Origin: Tubiluchus corallicola
Taxonomy: Eukaryota > Animalia > Priapulida
Assembly (NCBI GenBank): GCA_030141605.1
Contig: JAQGDQ010001969.1
Coordinates: 1-19,086, forward strand
Length of the DNA stretch: 19,086 nt
Direction of reading: 5' to 3'
Shown one piece after another: positions 1 through 8,824 of this stretch. The first letter of the stretch is position 1. Each line of letters begins with the position of its first letter. Below the pieces are notes generated by a model. The model made no database searches. It had not been told where the DNA came from and was given only the letters and a program-made list of their open reading frames with translations. The translations under genes were made by a program, and so were the position numbers.

Positions 1-575
1 ATGCAGGAATGAATAGTACAATGATCAAAAAAGAAACCAGGTTCCTAAAGCTAATAAGCCTTGGTTTAATAAATCAGACTCGCAATGAATGGGGGCAAAA
101 CTCAACTCCTAAAATGCTGATTTATTATGCTTCTATGTGGGAACATGTAAGAGCTGAGAGACCAGACAGTGCAAGGCCCAAGCATCCACAGGAAGATAAA
201 GATAAAGCAGGACCTTCCCAGTCAACGTAAGCATTCTTACACACAAAGACCGCTCATTAATAAACAACTAAAAAGTAAATACAGATAGCTTATACCATTT
301 GTCTGACTAAATAAATCAACATGTACACACCTAATATTTACAGTGAGTTTCTTAAAATGTTAGGGTCTCCACTAACCTCTAGACTCACAAGAGCTAACAT
401 TTTCTGATTATTACAACATCATCATTAATATAATGTATGAATAAGCAAATAAACTTTACTAAATAAATACATATAGGATATATTATATATCTCTAACTAG
501 CACCATTATAATTACATAATATTGATTTAGTGTTTATCAATAAGCGGTTTTTGTGTCCCTTATATGTTTACTGAG

Positions 576-1023
576 TTACTGAGGTGGTTCGTCATGCCAA
601 ACAAGGATCAAAAGCCCGACGGAAGTATCCCAGCTAGTGCTAGAGACTTAGGCTACATTAAACAAGCACGAACCAAGGCAAGGAAAAGCCTGCAAGAGGA
701 AATCAGAGCTGCTAAAGTTCGTACTAGTAATGGTAATATTCTGACTCGTTCTTTGAGTCAATTGTTTCCTATTGAGTGTCCTAGGTCAGTTGATGCGAGT
801 GCAGCATCTAATGCGGCAGCACGTTTGGGTAAAATTTTGTGCGAGGGCTCAATGTGCTGATGCTGTGCAGGACAAGTGCCTTTTTCACCTGCACTCGCTT
901 GTTGGAATTTTCTAACAAAATTGTTCTTATAGATCCATTGTTGTTATGCTCACGTATATTATATAATGATTGTTAGTTTGTTTTTTTCCAAATTGTCTTT
1001 TTCTTGTCTTTTTTCTGGGGGAG
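576..1023 (+). mobile_element. Rearranged, multiply deleted mini-copy of BEL element 1 (gag 5' / pol 3' / inverted pol 3' / 3'UTR / PPT) abutting the 5' LTR
   Basis: 576-704 matches 1563-1691; 700-804 matches 7155-7259; 803-898 is the reverse complement of the pol tail (~7250-7435, single repeat unit); 899-1023 matches the 3'UTR 7666-7924 with a ~135-bp deletion and ends in the PPT GGGGGAG. Confidence 0.9.
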
Positions 1024-1245
1024 TGTCGTGAAGTTTGGGCTTCACGATTCGCCCCCCAGAGAGAAGCCATTGAATTGAATTGATTTTACGTGTAACTGTA
1101 GAAAAGAAGTTAGGCAGTTGTTGAGTTGGTATGAAAGGGCAAACTAGCATATTGTGTTCGAAAAAAAAAGAATAAAGTTTACCGTTACGACGGTGGTAAA
1201 AATTCTCGTCTTTTCGTTTTATTTGTTACAAAAGTCACCACGACA
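1024..1245 (+). repeat. 5' LTR of element 1 (222 bp)
   Basis: Starts TGTCGTG, ends CACGACA (perfect 7-bp terminal inverted repeat); AATAAA at 1171-1176; followed after 2 nt by the TGG of the PBS; direct repeat of 7925-8145. Confidence 0.93.
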
Positions 1246-1247
1246 AT

Positions 1248-1267
1248 TGGTGCAAGGAAACCCGGGA
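1248..1267 (+). promoter_or_regulatory. Primer binding site, tRNA-Phe-like
   Basis: TGGTGCAAGGAAACCCGGGA 2 nt after the LTR; resembles the complement of the animal tRNA-Phe 3' end (TGGTGCCGAAACCCGGGA) with an internal bulge. Confidence 0.7.
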
Positions 1268-1580
1268 ATACCAGGAACATTTAGATGCGCTTATTAGAAA
1301 GCATTTCAAGTGCAAAATAAAGACTATTTCGGCACATAAAAGTAAACGGGTGTCTACGTACGGTTTTACCTGGCTTCAAGCTTTTGACTTGCAACGTTTG
1401 TTAGCGAAATCTGTTTGGACTATGAACGATAATGAACGTAATCTCGTATTATTGAGCTCCTTTGAAGATGATCGTAACTGTCAAGTTTCGAAAAGACTGT
1501 GCGGAGTCAACAATGAACTATTTTTGTTGCTGAAACCTGTTGATTAACATCGAACTTTGACTTTACTGAGGTGGTTCGTC

Positions 1581-3731
1581 ATGCCAAACAAGGATCAAAT
1601 GCCCGACGGAAGTATCCCAGCTAGTGCTAGAGACTTGGGCTACATTAAACAAGCACGAACCAAGGCAAGGAAAAGCCTGCAAGAGGAAATCGAGCTAGCT
1701 AACGAATTGGTGTCAAGAGATGAGTCAACGATTGGTGACATTTCAAACTATCTGCAGCGTGTCAAGATGTGCAAACATACTCTCCAGAATCGTTTGGCAA
1801 AGCTGGAAGATCTCACATTAAAGTTCTCGGAGCGTGGTATGACAGCTGAGGCAGACGAAGCAACAATTAAAGCAGCAGACCAGTACTTGGAGGAAGATAA
1901 CGAATTCCTTGGCACGGTATCTCAAGTTACCTTTTTGTTAGATGAATGTATTACTAAGTTTTCTGTAAAAAATGTTAAAAGAGATTTAACTGATGAGTTT
2001 CACACTGTTTCTGAGATACCTCATAGTCGTGCAGTTGATAAAAAACCTACTGTTGTTCATGCGGCTGCGTCCGCATCTCAATTTACTGATAATGACTCAC
2101 CTGTTGCTCCGCCCCGTCGCAAGAGAAATACTAGTCTTGCCCCCATCACGCCAGCTAGTGATAACCTTGTACAGTCACGCAGTTATGTTAAACTGCCAAA
2201 ATTCGAACTGAAATCATTTTCTGGGCAGATTTTAGAATGGCGTGAATTTTGGGATGCGTTCAAAACTATGGTTCATGATCACCCAGATTTAGAAAATATT
2301 CAAAAATTTCAGTATTTGAAGAGCAAGCTTACAGGTCCTGCTCTTAGTGCAGTAGAAGGTTTTTCACTCAGTAATGAAAACTATTTGCAAGCGTTAGATG
2401 TTTTAAGAAGCCGTTTTGGCAAAGAACAAAGCATTATTAATGTACATTATAAAGCTTTGGCACATCTTGAAAAATCCGGAGAAAATGCTAAAAGTCTTAG
2501 GAAATTTCAAGATAGTCTTGAGTTGCACTTGCGAAGTTTGGAGGCAGTGGGTGAATGCGTGGACAGCCGTGTTATTATCCCATTAGTATTAGAAAAATTA
2601 CCACGTTCAGTAGTGCAACAAATGCGCATTACAATGGACCCTGATAGCGCTTGGTCAGTTTCAGATATAAGACAACGTCTTAATCGCCACATTTATACTT
2701 TAGAAGCGGTTGAAAATGAAACAGCTGCCTCCAGCTTTCAGCAACCATTCTCTAAGGCTAATGAGAGATTTCCTAAGAAGTTTGTAAGTGCATCAAGGCA
2801 CGAAACTGTTCTTGGAGCTTCTGATAAGCAAAGCTCCGCCCACACGCCACAACGTAAAAACGTTAGCGCACATTCTGATTATCCAGCACGCAATTGTATT
2901 TTTTGTAAAGGCCCACATTGGGCAGATCAGTGTGGCAATTTTGCTACAGCTAGAGAGAGAAAGAGACTTCTGAAAAATCGTTGTTTTATTTGTCTAAGAG
3001 AAAATCATCAAGCTCACCAATGTAGATCAGGCAGAAGCTGTTATTTCTGCCATAAAAATACTCATCACCGTAGTTTGTGCACAGAGCAATTTCCAGATAA
3101 AAATCGAGAAGCAACACTAGCTTGTTCACCCAGTTTAAGTTTGTATTCTAGTAATGAACAGGTTGTCATGCAAACAGCACTCGTTCGTGTTAGTCATCCT
3201 GTTTCTCACAAGACTATTACAATTCGAGCCTACCTTGATTGTGGTTCTCAGTCCAGCTATATTAGTGCTAGGCTGGCTAATTTGCTGAATGTTCCTAAGG
3301 GCACTTCTGAAGTGCTTCAAGTAGCTACATTTGCAAGTAAAAATGTTAGGCAAATTTCTTGCTATCCTGCAAATATTGGTTTGCATACGCGCGATGGGCG
3401 TGTGTTAAATATGACCCTACGTGTGATTCCAGAAATATCGCTTAAAACTAAACGCGAGGCCCTCCCGCACAGTTTAATTAATAAGCTGTACAAGAGATTC
3501 GGCTATGATTTGGCTGACAGTTTCCCAACCCACGTGGCTGAATCTTCTATTGACTTTTTGATCGGTAATGATTACTATTTGTCACTTTTAGAGCCTCAGA
3601 AATTCCAGGTAGGGCCTGATTTGTTTTTGTTTGGATCGAAAATAGGTTTAATTCTCGGTGGAACAGGAAACCCAGTTCGAATGTCGACAAATCTCGAGTG
3701 TCTGGCTTCTTGTGCATACAGCCTGGGTTAA
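1581..3731 (+). CDS. gag: BEL Gag + aspartic protease
   Basis: First ATG at 1581 (the track starts at an upstream TTG, 1557). DUF1759-type motif KLPKFELKSFSGQILEWREFWDAF; knuckles CIFCKGPHWADQC, CFICLRENHQAHQC, CYFCHKNTHHRSLC; protease AYLDCGSQSSYIS ... SKIGLILGG. Confidence 0.92.
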   Translation: MPNKDQMPDGSIPASARDLGYIKQARTKARKSLQEEIELANELVSRDESTIGDISNYLQRVKMCKHTLQNRLAKLEDLTLKFSERGMTAEADEATIKAADQYLEEDNEFLGTVSQVTFLLDECITKFSVKNVKRDLTDEFHTVSEIPHSRAVDKKPTVVHAAASASQFTDNDSPVAPPRRKRNTSLAPITPASDNLVQSRSYVKLPKFELKSFSGQILEWREFWDAFKTMVHDHPDLENIQKFQYLKSKLTGPALSAVEGFSLSNENYLQALDVLRSRFGKEQSIINVHYKALAHLEKSGENAKSLRKFQDSLELHLRSLEAVGECVDSRVIIPLVLEKLPRSVVQQMRITMDPDSAWSVSDIRQRLNRHIYTLEAVENETAASSFQQPFSKANERFPKKFVSASRHETVLGASDKQSSAHTPQRKNVSAHSDYPARNCIFCKGPHWADQCGNFATARERKRLLKNRCFICLRENHQAHQCRSGRSCYFCHKNTHHRSLCTEQFPDKNREATLACSPSLSLYSSNEQVVMQTALVRVSHPVSHKTITIRAYLDCGSQSSYISARLANLLNVPKGTSEVLQVATFASKNVRQISCYPANIGLHTRDGRVLNMTLRVIPEISLKTKREALPHSLINKLYKRFGYDLADSFPTHVAESSIDFLIGNDYYLSLLEPQKFQVGPDLFLFGSKIGLILGGTGNPVRMSTNLECLASCAYSLG

Positions 3732-6700
3732 ATACTCACGGATTAAATTTAGAATATGAACAAGAAAAATTTGAACATTGCAGTATTACTGAACGCGCGT
3801 TTTCATGCCTAGATTCTGATTCAAGTTTTACGTGTGTAAAGCAAGACTTTGATGCTAATTTTGCACTTGAGCGATTTTGGGACCTTGAAAGTCTAGGCAT
3901 TCGTGAATCACCGTCACGGACTGAAGACGCTCAAGACGACGTAGCGCTAGATTTATTTAATAAATCAATCAAATTTGAAGACGGACGCTACAATGTATCT
4001 TGGCCCTGGCGACAAAATAAGCAGGCCTTACCCGACAATTATTATATTGCTGTGAGCAGATTAAATTCTTGCTTAAAACGGCTTCGCAATCAGCCTGGGA
4101 TATTGGCTAAATACGACCAAGTAATTAATGAACAACTCGAGAAGGGAATCGTTGAAGTTGTGACTCCAGAGTCTCCCGAAGGTCCTATTAAACACTATAT
4201 TCCCCATCATTGTATTGTCACACCTGAGAAAAGCACAAAATTACGAATTGTGTACAATGCTTCATGTAAAGCAAACAAAAGCAGTCCTTCACTCAATGAG
4301 TGCCTGTACAGGGGACCATTGCTACTTCCTGATTTATGCGGCTTGTTGTTGCGGTTTCGCTTACATTTAATAGGCATTGTAAGCGACATAGAAAAAGCGT
4401 TTTTAAACGTTGGCCTAAATTACGAAGATAGGGACGTCACGAGATTTCTGTGGGTAAAAAATGTCAGCAAACCCCCTTCGGATCCTGGTAATTTGCAAAT
4501 ATTTCGCTTCTGTCGAGTCATTTTTGGAGCTATTAGTAGCCCATTTTTGCTCTCAGGTACAGTGAGTCATCATCTCAAACAAAAAGAAGCAGAATTTCCT
4601 GTAGCTAAACAAATTTTGCGCGACATTTATGTCGACAACCTTATTTCAGGAACTTCCACTCTAGATGAAGCCAAAGTTCTTTACAGTCAGAGTAAACTAT
4701 TATTTTCGTCGGCAGGCTTCAACCTTAGAGAATGGGGGTCGAATGACGCAGATTTTTTGCATAGTATTCCAGTCGAAGACTGTATAAAATCAAGTGTTGT
4801 CAAAGTTTTAGGTATCACTTGGGACTTAAAAAATGACACTTTATCTATTGCAAAGGTAGACCCTGATCGATTGTTACAGGCTAATACAAAGAGACAGGTA
4901 TTGAAAGCCTTAGCAAGCCTTTTTGATCCGTTGGGCGTCGCAAGTATTATAACAGTTAATGCAAAGTTGTTTTTGGCATCTTTGTGGAAAGAAAAACTAG
5001 ATTGGGATGAACCCCTTTCTGAATCGCACTCAAAACGCTGGTGTGAAATTGCCTTAACGCTGCTTTCTATATTCGATTTGCACCTTCCAAGGTGTATTAG
5101 CGCATGTGAGTCTAACGCAGTATTTCAGTTAGTATGTTTCACAGATGCTTCTGAATCTGCTTACTGCGCAGTGGTTTATTTAAGAGAGACTAACACGGAA
5201 TCTGATTTTTGTGCTGTCAACTTAATTTTTGCTAAAACGCGCCTTGCAGGAAAAAATATTTCGATTCCTAGATTAGAACTGCTTGCTGTTTTGATTGGCG
5301 TGAGAGCTTTAAATTTTGTAGAAACCCAGCTACATGTGAACATAACCAGGCGTATAATATTTACGGATTCGTTATGCGTACTTTATTGGTTGCAAACTCC
5401 TAAACAGTTGTCGGTGTTCGTCGAAAATCGAATTTGTGAGATTCGAAAGCAGGTTCACACTCAGTTTCGATACGTTCCATCTCAATCGAACCCTGCGGAT
5501 GGCGCAACTAGGTCAGGTGTCAGTAAAATAGATTCGTTCTGGCTACACGGTCCGCACTTTCTCAAAGAAAATGAAAGTAACTGGCCTGAGAGCCAGTTGC
5601 CACCTCTAGAAGCTGAACGATTGACAGATGTAAATAGCGAACTAAGAAAAGGCAGTAGCATACTTTATGAGACGCAGTTTTTAACACTCGATCAGTCCAG
5701 TCGAATTCATGATCTGTCTATGTTTGATATGAACCGATTTTCTAGTCTAAACAGGCTGTTAAACACTACTAGCTGGGTGTATCGAGCTGTAAAGCGTTTT
5801 AAAGGGGAAAGGTGTACTATGGGCCCTATTACTGCAAATGAACGCTCCTATGCTAAGTTAAACTGGATAAAACACGTCCAAAGACAAACATATGTAGATA
5901 ACGAAGGACGTGCAGTAGCGGTTAACCCAGCACTACAACAGCTAAATCTTGCATTAGATGAACAAGGCATTATCAGATGCTTAGGTAGGTTACAAAATGC
6001 TAATCTCACACAAGGTACGTCTAGGCCCATTCTCTTACCTAAAAACAATCAGTTTACAGTTCTGTTGGTAGAACATGTACACAAACTAAACCTTCATGTC
6101 GGCGTATCGCAGACCTTAGCATTATTACGTAAAGAGTTTTGGGTTCCTTCTGGGAGGGAACTGGTCAAGAAAACTTTAAATAAGTGCCGTACTTGTCGGA
6201 AAATGGAAGGTGGAGCCTATAAGTTACCACCAATGCCAGAATTACCTCCAGAAAGAGTCCAAGAATCTAATCCCTTTACACACGTAGGCCTCGATTACAT
6301 GGGCCCCCTTACAGTCAAATATTGTATACCTGGGAGTTGTGAACCATTTTACAAAAAAGCGTATGTGTGCCTATTCACCTGTTTAGCAGTGAGAGCGGTA
6401 CATTTAGAACTCGTCACGGACTTGTCTACTGAAACGTTTATTATGTGTCTGAGACGTTTTATAGGTCGCCGAGGTGTACCCGAAACTATAATATCAGATA
6501 ATGCGCCGCAGTTTCATCTTGCTAAGCAGACGTTGGATTTGATATTTCAAAGGGTTTTCAATTCTTGTTCTGTGCAACAATACATAGCACAAACTGGTAT
6601 TAATTGGCATTTTATCATTCAGCTTTCGCCTTGGATGGGCGCGGTTTACGAGCGTTTAATGAGCCTTATTAAACGCTCTCTACGCAAAACAATTGGTAGT

Positions 6701-7471
6701 AGGGCTCTTTATCAGTGTCAGTTGAGTACTTTGCTCGTTGAAATTGAAAGTTTAATCAACAACCGTCCTATTACATACATTGAGTCAGACATAGATTCTA
6801 GCTTGGTTTTAACTCCAAGTCATTTCTTGAGCTTGCGCACTTTAAATCATGTGCCAGTGTACAGTAAATCCGAATCAGATCCCGATTATACTCCCAACAG
6901 GTACAATCTTTCTGGCGAACGTCTTTTCGAAATGTGGAAGAAAGGTGTTAGTTATTTAGATTCTTTTTGGAAAATTTGGCGTAATGAGTATTTGCTTAGC
7001 CTCCAAGAAAGAACGGAGCGCCAAGTACGCCAAAAACGCGTTAAGTCGAAATTTGAGCCTCATGTAGGCGATGTAGTACTGATTGAAGATTCACTTCCCC
7101 GTGGTCAGTGGAAAGTGGGGAAAGTTGTTAATCTCATTATTAGTAAGGACAGTAAAATCAGAGCTGCTAAAGTTCGTACTAGTAATGGTAATATTCTGAC
7201 TCGTTCTTTGAGTCAATTGTTTCCTGTTGAGTGTCCTAGGTCAGTTGATGCAAGTGCAGGTGAAAAAGGCACTTGTCCTGCACAGCATCAGCACATTGAT
7301 CCCTTGCACAAACCTATTGAGTGCCCTAGGTCAGTTGATGCAAGTGCAGATGAAAAAGGTACTTGTCCTGCACAGCATCAGCACATTGAACCCTCGCACA
7401 AAATTTTACCCAAACGTGCTGCTGCATTAAATGCTTGTGCAAAAATTAAACAACAGGCAACACGTTTATAA
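3698..7471 (+). CDS. pol: BEL Pol: reverse transcriptase, RNase H (Pao A17 region), integrase; -1 frame relative to gag
   Basis: LERFWDLESLGI; RT YIPHH, SLNECLYRGP, DIEKAFL, FGAISSPFLL, IYVDNLI; KVLGITWD, LFDPLG, FTDASESAY, SIPRLELLA, NPADGATR; integrase HHCC, GLDYMGP, ISDNAPQF, GAVYERL; FWKIWRNEYL. The frame is open from 3620; the true start is probably by fusion to gag. Confidence 0.93.
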   Translation: MSGFLCIQPGLNTHGLNLEYEQEKFEHCSITERAFSCLDSDSSFTCVKQDFDANFALERFWDLESLGIRESPSRTEDAQDDVALDLFNKSIKFEDGRYNVSWPWRQNKQALPDNYYIAVSRLNSCLKRLRNQPGILAKYDQVINEQLEKGIVEVVTPESPEGPIKHYIPHHCIVTPEKSTKLRIVYNASCKANKSSPSLNECLYRGPLLLPDLCGLLLRFRLHLIGIVSDIEKAFLNVGLNYEDRDVTRFLWVKNVSKPPSDPGNLQIFRFCRVIFGAISSPFLLSGTVSHHLKQKEAEFPVAKQILRDIYVDNLISGTSTLDEAKVLYSQSKLLFSSAGFNLREWGSNDADFLHSIPVEDCIKSSVVKVLGITWDLKNDTLSIAKVDPDRLLQANTKRQVLKALASLFDPLGVASIITVNAKLFLASLWKEKLDWDEPLSESHSKRWCEIALTLLSIFDLHLPRCISACESNAVFQLVCFTDASESAYCAVVYLRETNTESDFCAVNLIFAKTRLAGKNISIPRLELLAVLIGVRALNFVETQLHVNITRRIIFTDSLCVLYWLQTPKQLSVFVENRICEIRKQVHTQFRYVPSQSNPADGATRSGVSKIDSFWLHGPHFLKENESNWPESQLPPLEAERLTDVNSELRKGSSILYETQFLTLDQSSRIHDLSMFDMNRFSSLNRLLNTTSWVYRAVKRFKGERCTMGPITANERSYAKLNWIKHVQRQTYVDNEGRAVAVNPALQQLNLALDEQGIIRCLGRLQNANLTQGTSRPILLPKNNQFTVLLVEHVHKLNLHVGVSQTLALLRKEFWVPSGRELVKKTLNKCRTCRKMEGGAYKLPPMPELPPERVQESNPFTHVGLDYMGPLTVKYCIPGSCEPFYKKAYVCLFTCLAVRAVHLELVTDLSTETFIMCLRRFIGRRGVPETIISDNAPQFHLAKQTLDLIFQRVFNSCSVQQYIAQTGINWHFIIQLSPWMGAVYERLMSLIKRSLRKTIGSRALYQCQLSTLLVEIESLINNRPITYIESDIDSSLVLTPSHFLSLRTLNHVPVYSKSESDPDYTPNRYNLSGERLFEMWKKGVSYLDSFWKIWRNEYLLSLQERTERQVRQKRVKSKFEPHVGDVVLIEDSLPRGQWKVGKVVNLIISKDSKIRAAKVRTSNGNILTRSLSQLFPVECPRSVDASAGEKGTCPAQHQHIDPLHKPIECPRSVDASADEKGTCPAQHQHIEPSHKILPKRAAALNACAKIKQQATRL
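7223..7402 (+). repeat. In-frame 90-bp tandem duplication in the integrase C-terminal tail
   Basis: PVECPRSVDASAGEKGTCPAQHQHIDPLHK / PIECPRSVDASADEKGTCPAQHQHIEPSHK; units 7223-7312 and 7313-7402. Confidence 0.95.
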
Positions 7472-7917
7472 ATTTGTCAAACCGTTTGATGTGATTGTGC
7501 AAATGTATAATAAGATTTTCATTACTATATGTTCAAATTTGCAATGTACCAATGTGCTATCTACATAGTTGTGACCTTTATTTCATTGTTTAATTTTGTA
7601 TGACAAACAAGAGGTACTTAACATGCAAAAATTGCATAGATTTAAAGTTAAGACCCAGATAGCTATTGTTGGAATTTTCTAACAAAATAGTTCTTATAGA
7701 TCCATTGTTGTTATGCTCACGTAATTGTTATTGTATAATGATTGTTAGTTTTTTTCCAAATTGTTTTCCTGAGTGCTTGAGTGTATTCGATTTGGCCAAT
7801 TTGATATGTATTATGTATTGTATCTTTGTGCATTGTTTTTGATTCTGCATTGTAAGAAAATTTTTGGTGAGAGCCTGCGGTTTATGTGTCTTGGTACTAC
7901 TTTCTTGTCTTTTTTCT

Positions 7918-7924
7918 GGGGGAG
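7918..7924 (+). promoter_or_regulatory. Polypurine tract of element 1
   Basis: GGGGGAG immediately before the TG of the 3' LTR; identical copy at 1017-1023. Confidence 0.85.
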
Positions 7925-8145
7925 TGTCGTGAAGTTTGGGCTTCACGATTCGCCCCCCAGAGAGAAGCCATTGAATTGAATTGATTTTACGTGTAACTGT
8001 AGAAAAGAAGTTAGGCAGTTGTTGAGTTGGTATGAAAGGGCAAACTAGCATATTGCGTTCGAAAAAAAAGAATAAAGTTTAGCGTTACGACGGTGGTAAA
8101 AATTCTCGTCTTTTCGTTTTATTTGTTACAAAAGTCACCACGACA
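7925..8145 (+). repeat. 3' LTR of element 1 (221 bp)
   Basis: Matches 1024-1245 except T>C, C>G and one A fewer in the A-run; identity ends at CACGACA(A). Confidence 0.93.
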
Positions 8146-8610
8146 ACCTCCTCCAGCTTGATTGTATCATCTATGTACTCATAACACATAATAGCTTTAA
8201 ATCAAACAGTCTCATTAGAAAGAAGAGGATATTGATGCGTCATGAGTTTGGCGTGTCTTCCAAGGTCTAAATTTGACGCGAGAGTAGCCAAGCTAGAATT
8301 AAGATGTTGCAGCGAATATAAAAAAATAATAGTAAAATTGTTATGCTTGGTTTGTATAGTATAGTGGTAGTACGTATGTAAGTGATGTATGTAGCTGTTT
8401 ATGGGCGTTTGGGTAATGGCAAAGCTATAAGATCTGGATTAGGAAATAACATTTTTATTAGCTAACATCACAATATATAAGAAATGTATATCAATGCCGA
8501 GCCACTGATCTCTTGGCTTCCTCTCCTGAGTTCATGGTCTAATCTGAGTCCTGCGTCGGGTGGCTTCAGCATCCATGCCAGGCTGCATGCGCAGTCTTTC
8601 CAGAATGGGC

Positions 8611-8672
8611 AATTCCTTATTTGGAAGTCTGACTAGTGACCACCGCACCTTAATTCCTTATTTGGAAGTCTG
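8611..8672 (+). repeat. 21-bp direct repeat containing CArG boxes
   Basis: AATTCCTTATTTGGAAGTCTG at 8611-8631 and 8652-8672; core CCTTATTTGG fits CC(A/T)6GG. Confidence 0.8.
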
Positions 8673-8696
8673 GCTTCCTAGATATTCTTACTGGCC

Positions 8697-8744
8697 TAAT
8701 TATCTGACATTTAACATATGTTAATTACCTGACATTTAACATAT
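8697..8744 (+). repeat. 25-bp tandem duplication
   Basis: TAATTA(T/C)CTGACATTTAACATAT occurs twice with period 25. Confidence 0.8.
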
Positions 8745-8824
8745 TTTATAGATTCTCTTTACTATAATGGTTATCATCTGCCTCTCCGTTTGCTCGAGAG
8801 TTTGTGCGAGAGCATAAAACAACC

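Larger units (their letters stand above)
1024..8145 (+). mobile_element. BEL/Pao-family LTR retrotransposon (element 1), near intact
   Basis: Paired LTRs, PBS, PPT, and gag-PR-RT-RNaseH-IN order with BEL-type triple zinc knuckle and Pao-type motifs. No TSD visible because the 5' LTR is preceded by a PPT rather than host DNA. Confidence 0.95.

Noticed and set aside
9-230. 73-aa ORF followed by AATAAA
   Set aside because: No recognisable motif; it may be the end of something outside the window but cannot be supported.
375-379. ACCTC matching the right flank of the 3' LTR as a TSD
   Set aside because: About 190 bp from any element sequence; a 5-mer is expected by chance.
1181-1194. ACCGT-TACG-ACGGT hairpin after the LTR AATAAA
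   Set aside because: Only a 5-bp stem and disrupted in the 3' LTR; too weak to call.
899-1245. Longer LTR starting at TGTTGG (900 / 7667)
   Set aside because: The PPT and the TGTCGTG/CACGACA terminal IR define the LTR at 1024/7925; the extra similarity is 3'UTR of the mini-copy and contains a deletion.
7728-8051. ORFs in the 3'UTR/LTR (also 959-1150, 7773-7979) as env or accessory genes
   Set aside because: Short, overlap the LTR, no env features.
8611-8672. Repeat-spacer-repeat as a CRISPR-like array
   Set aside because: Only two units, eukaryotic context, no cas genes.
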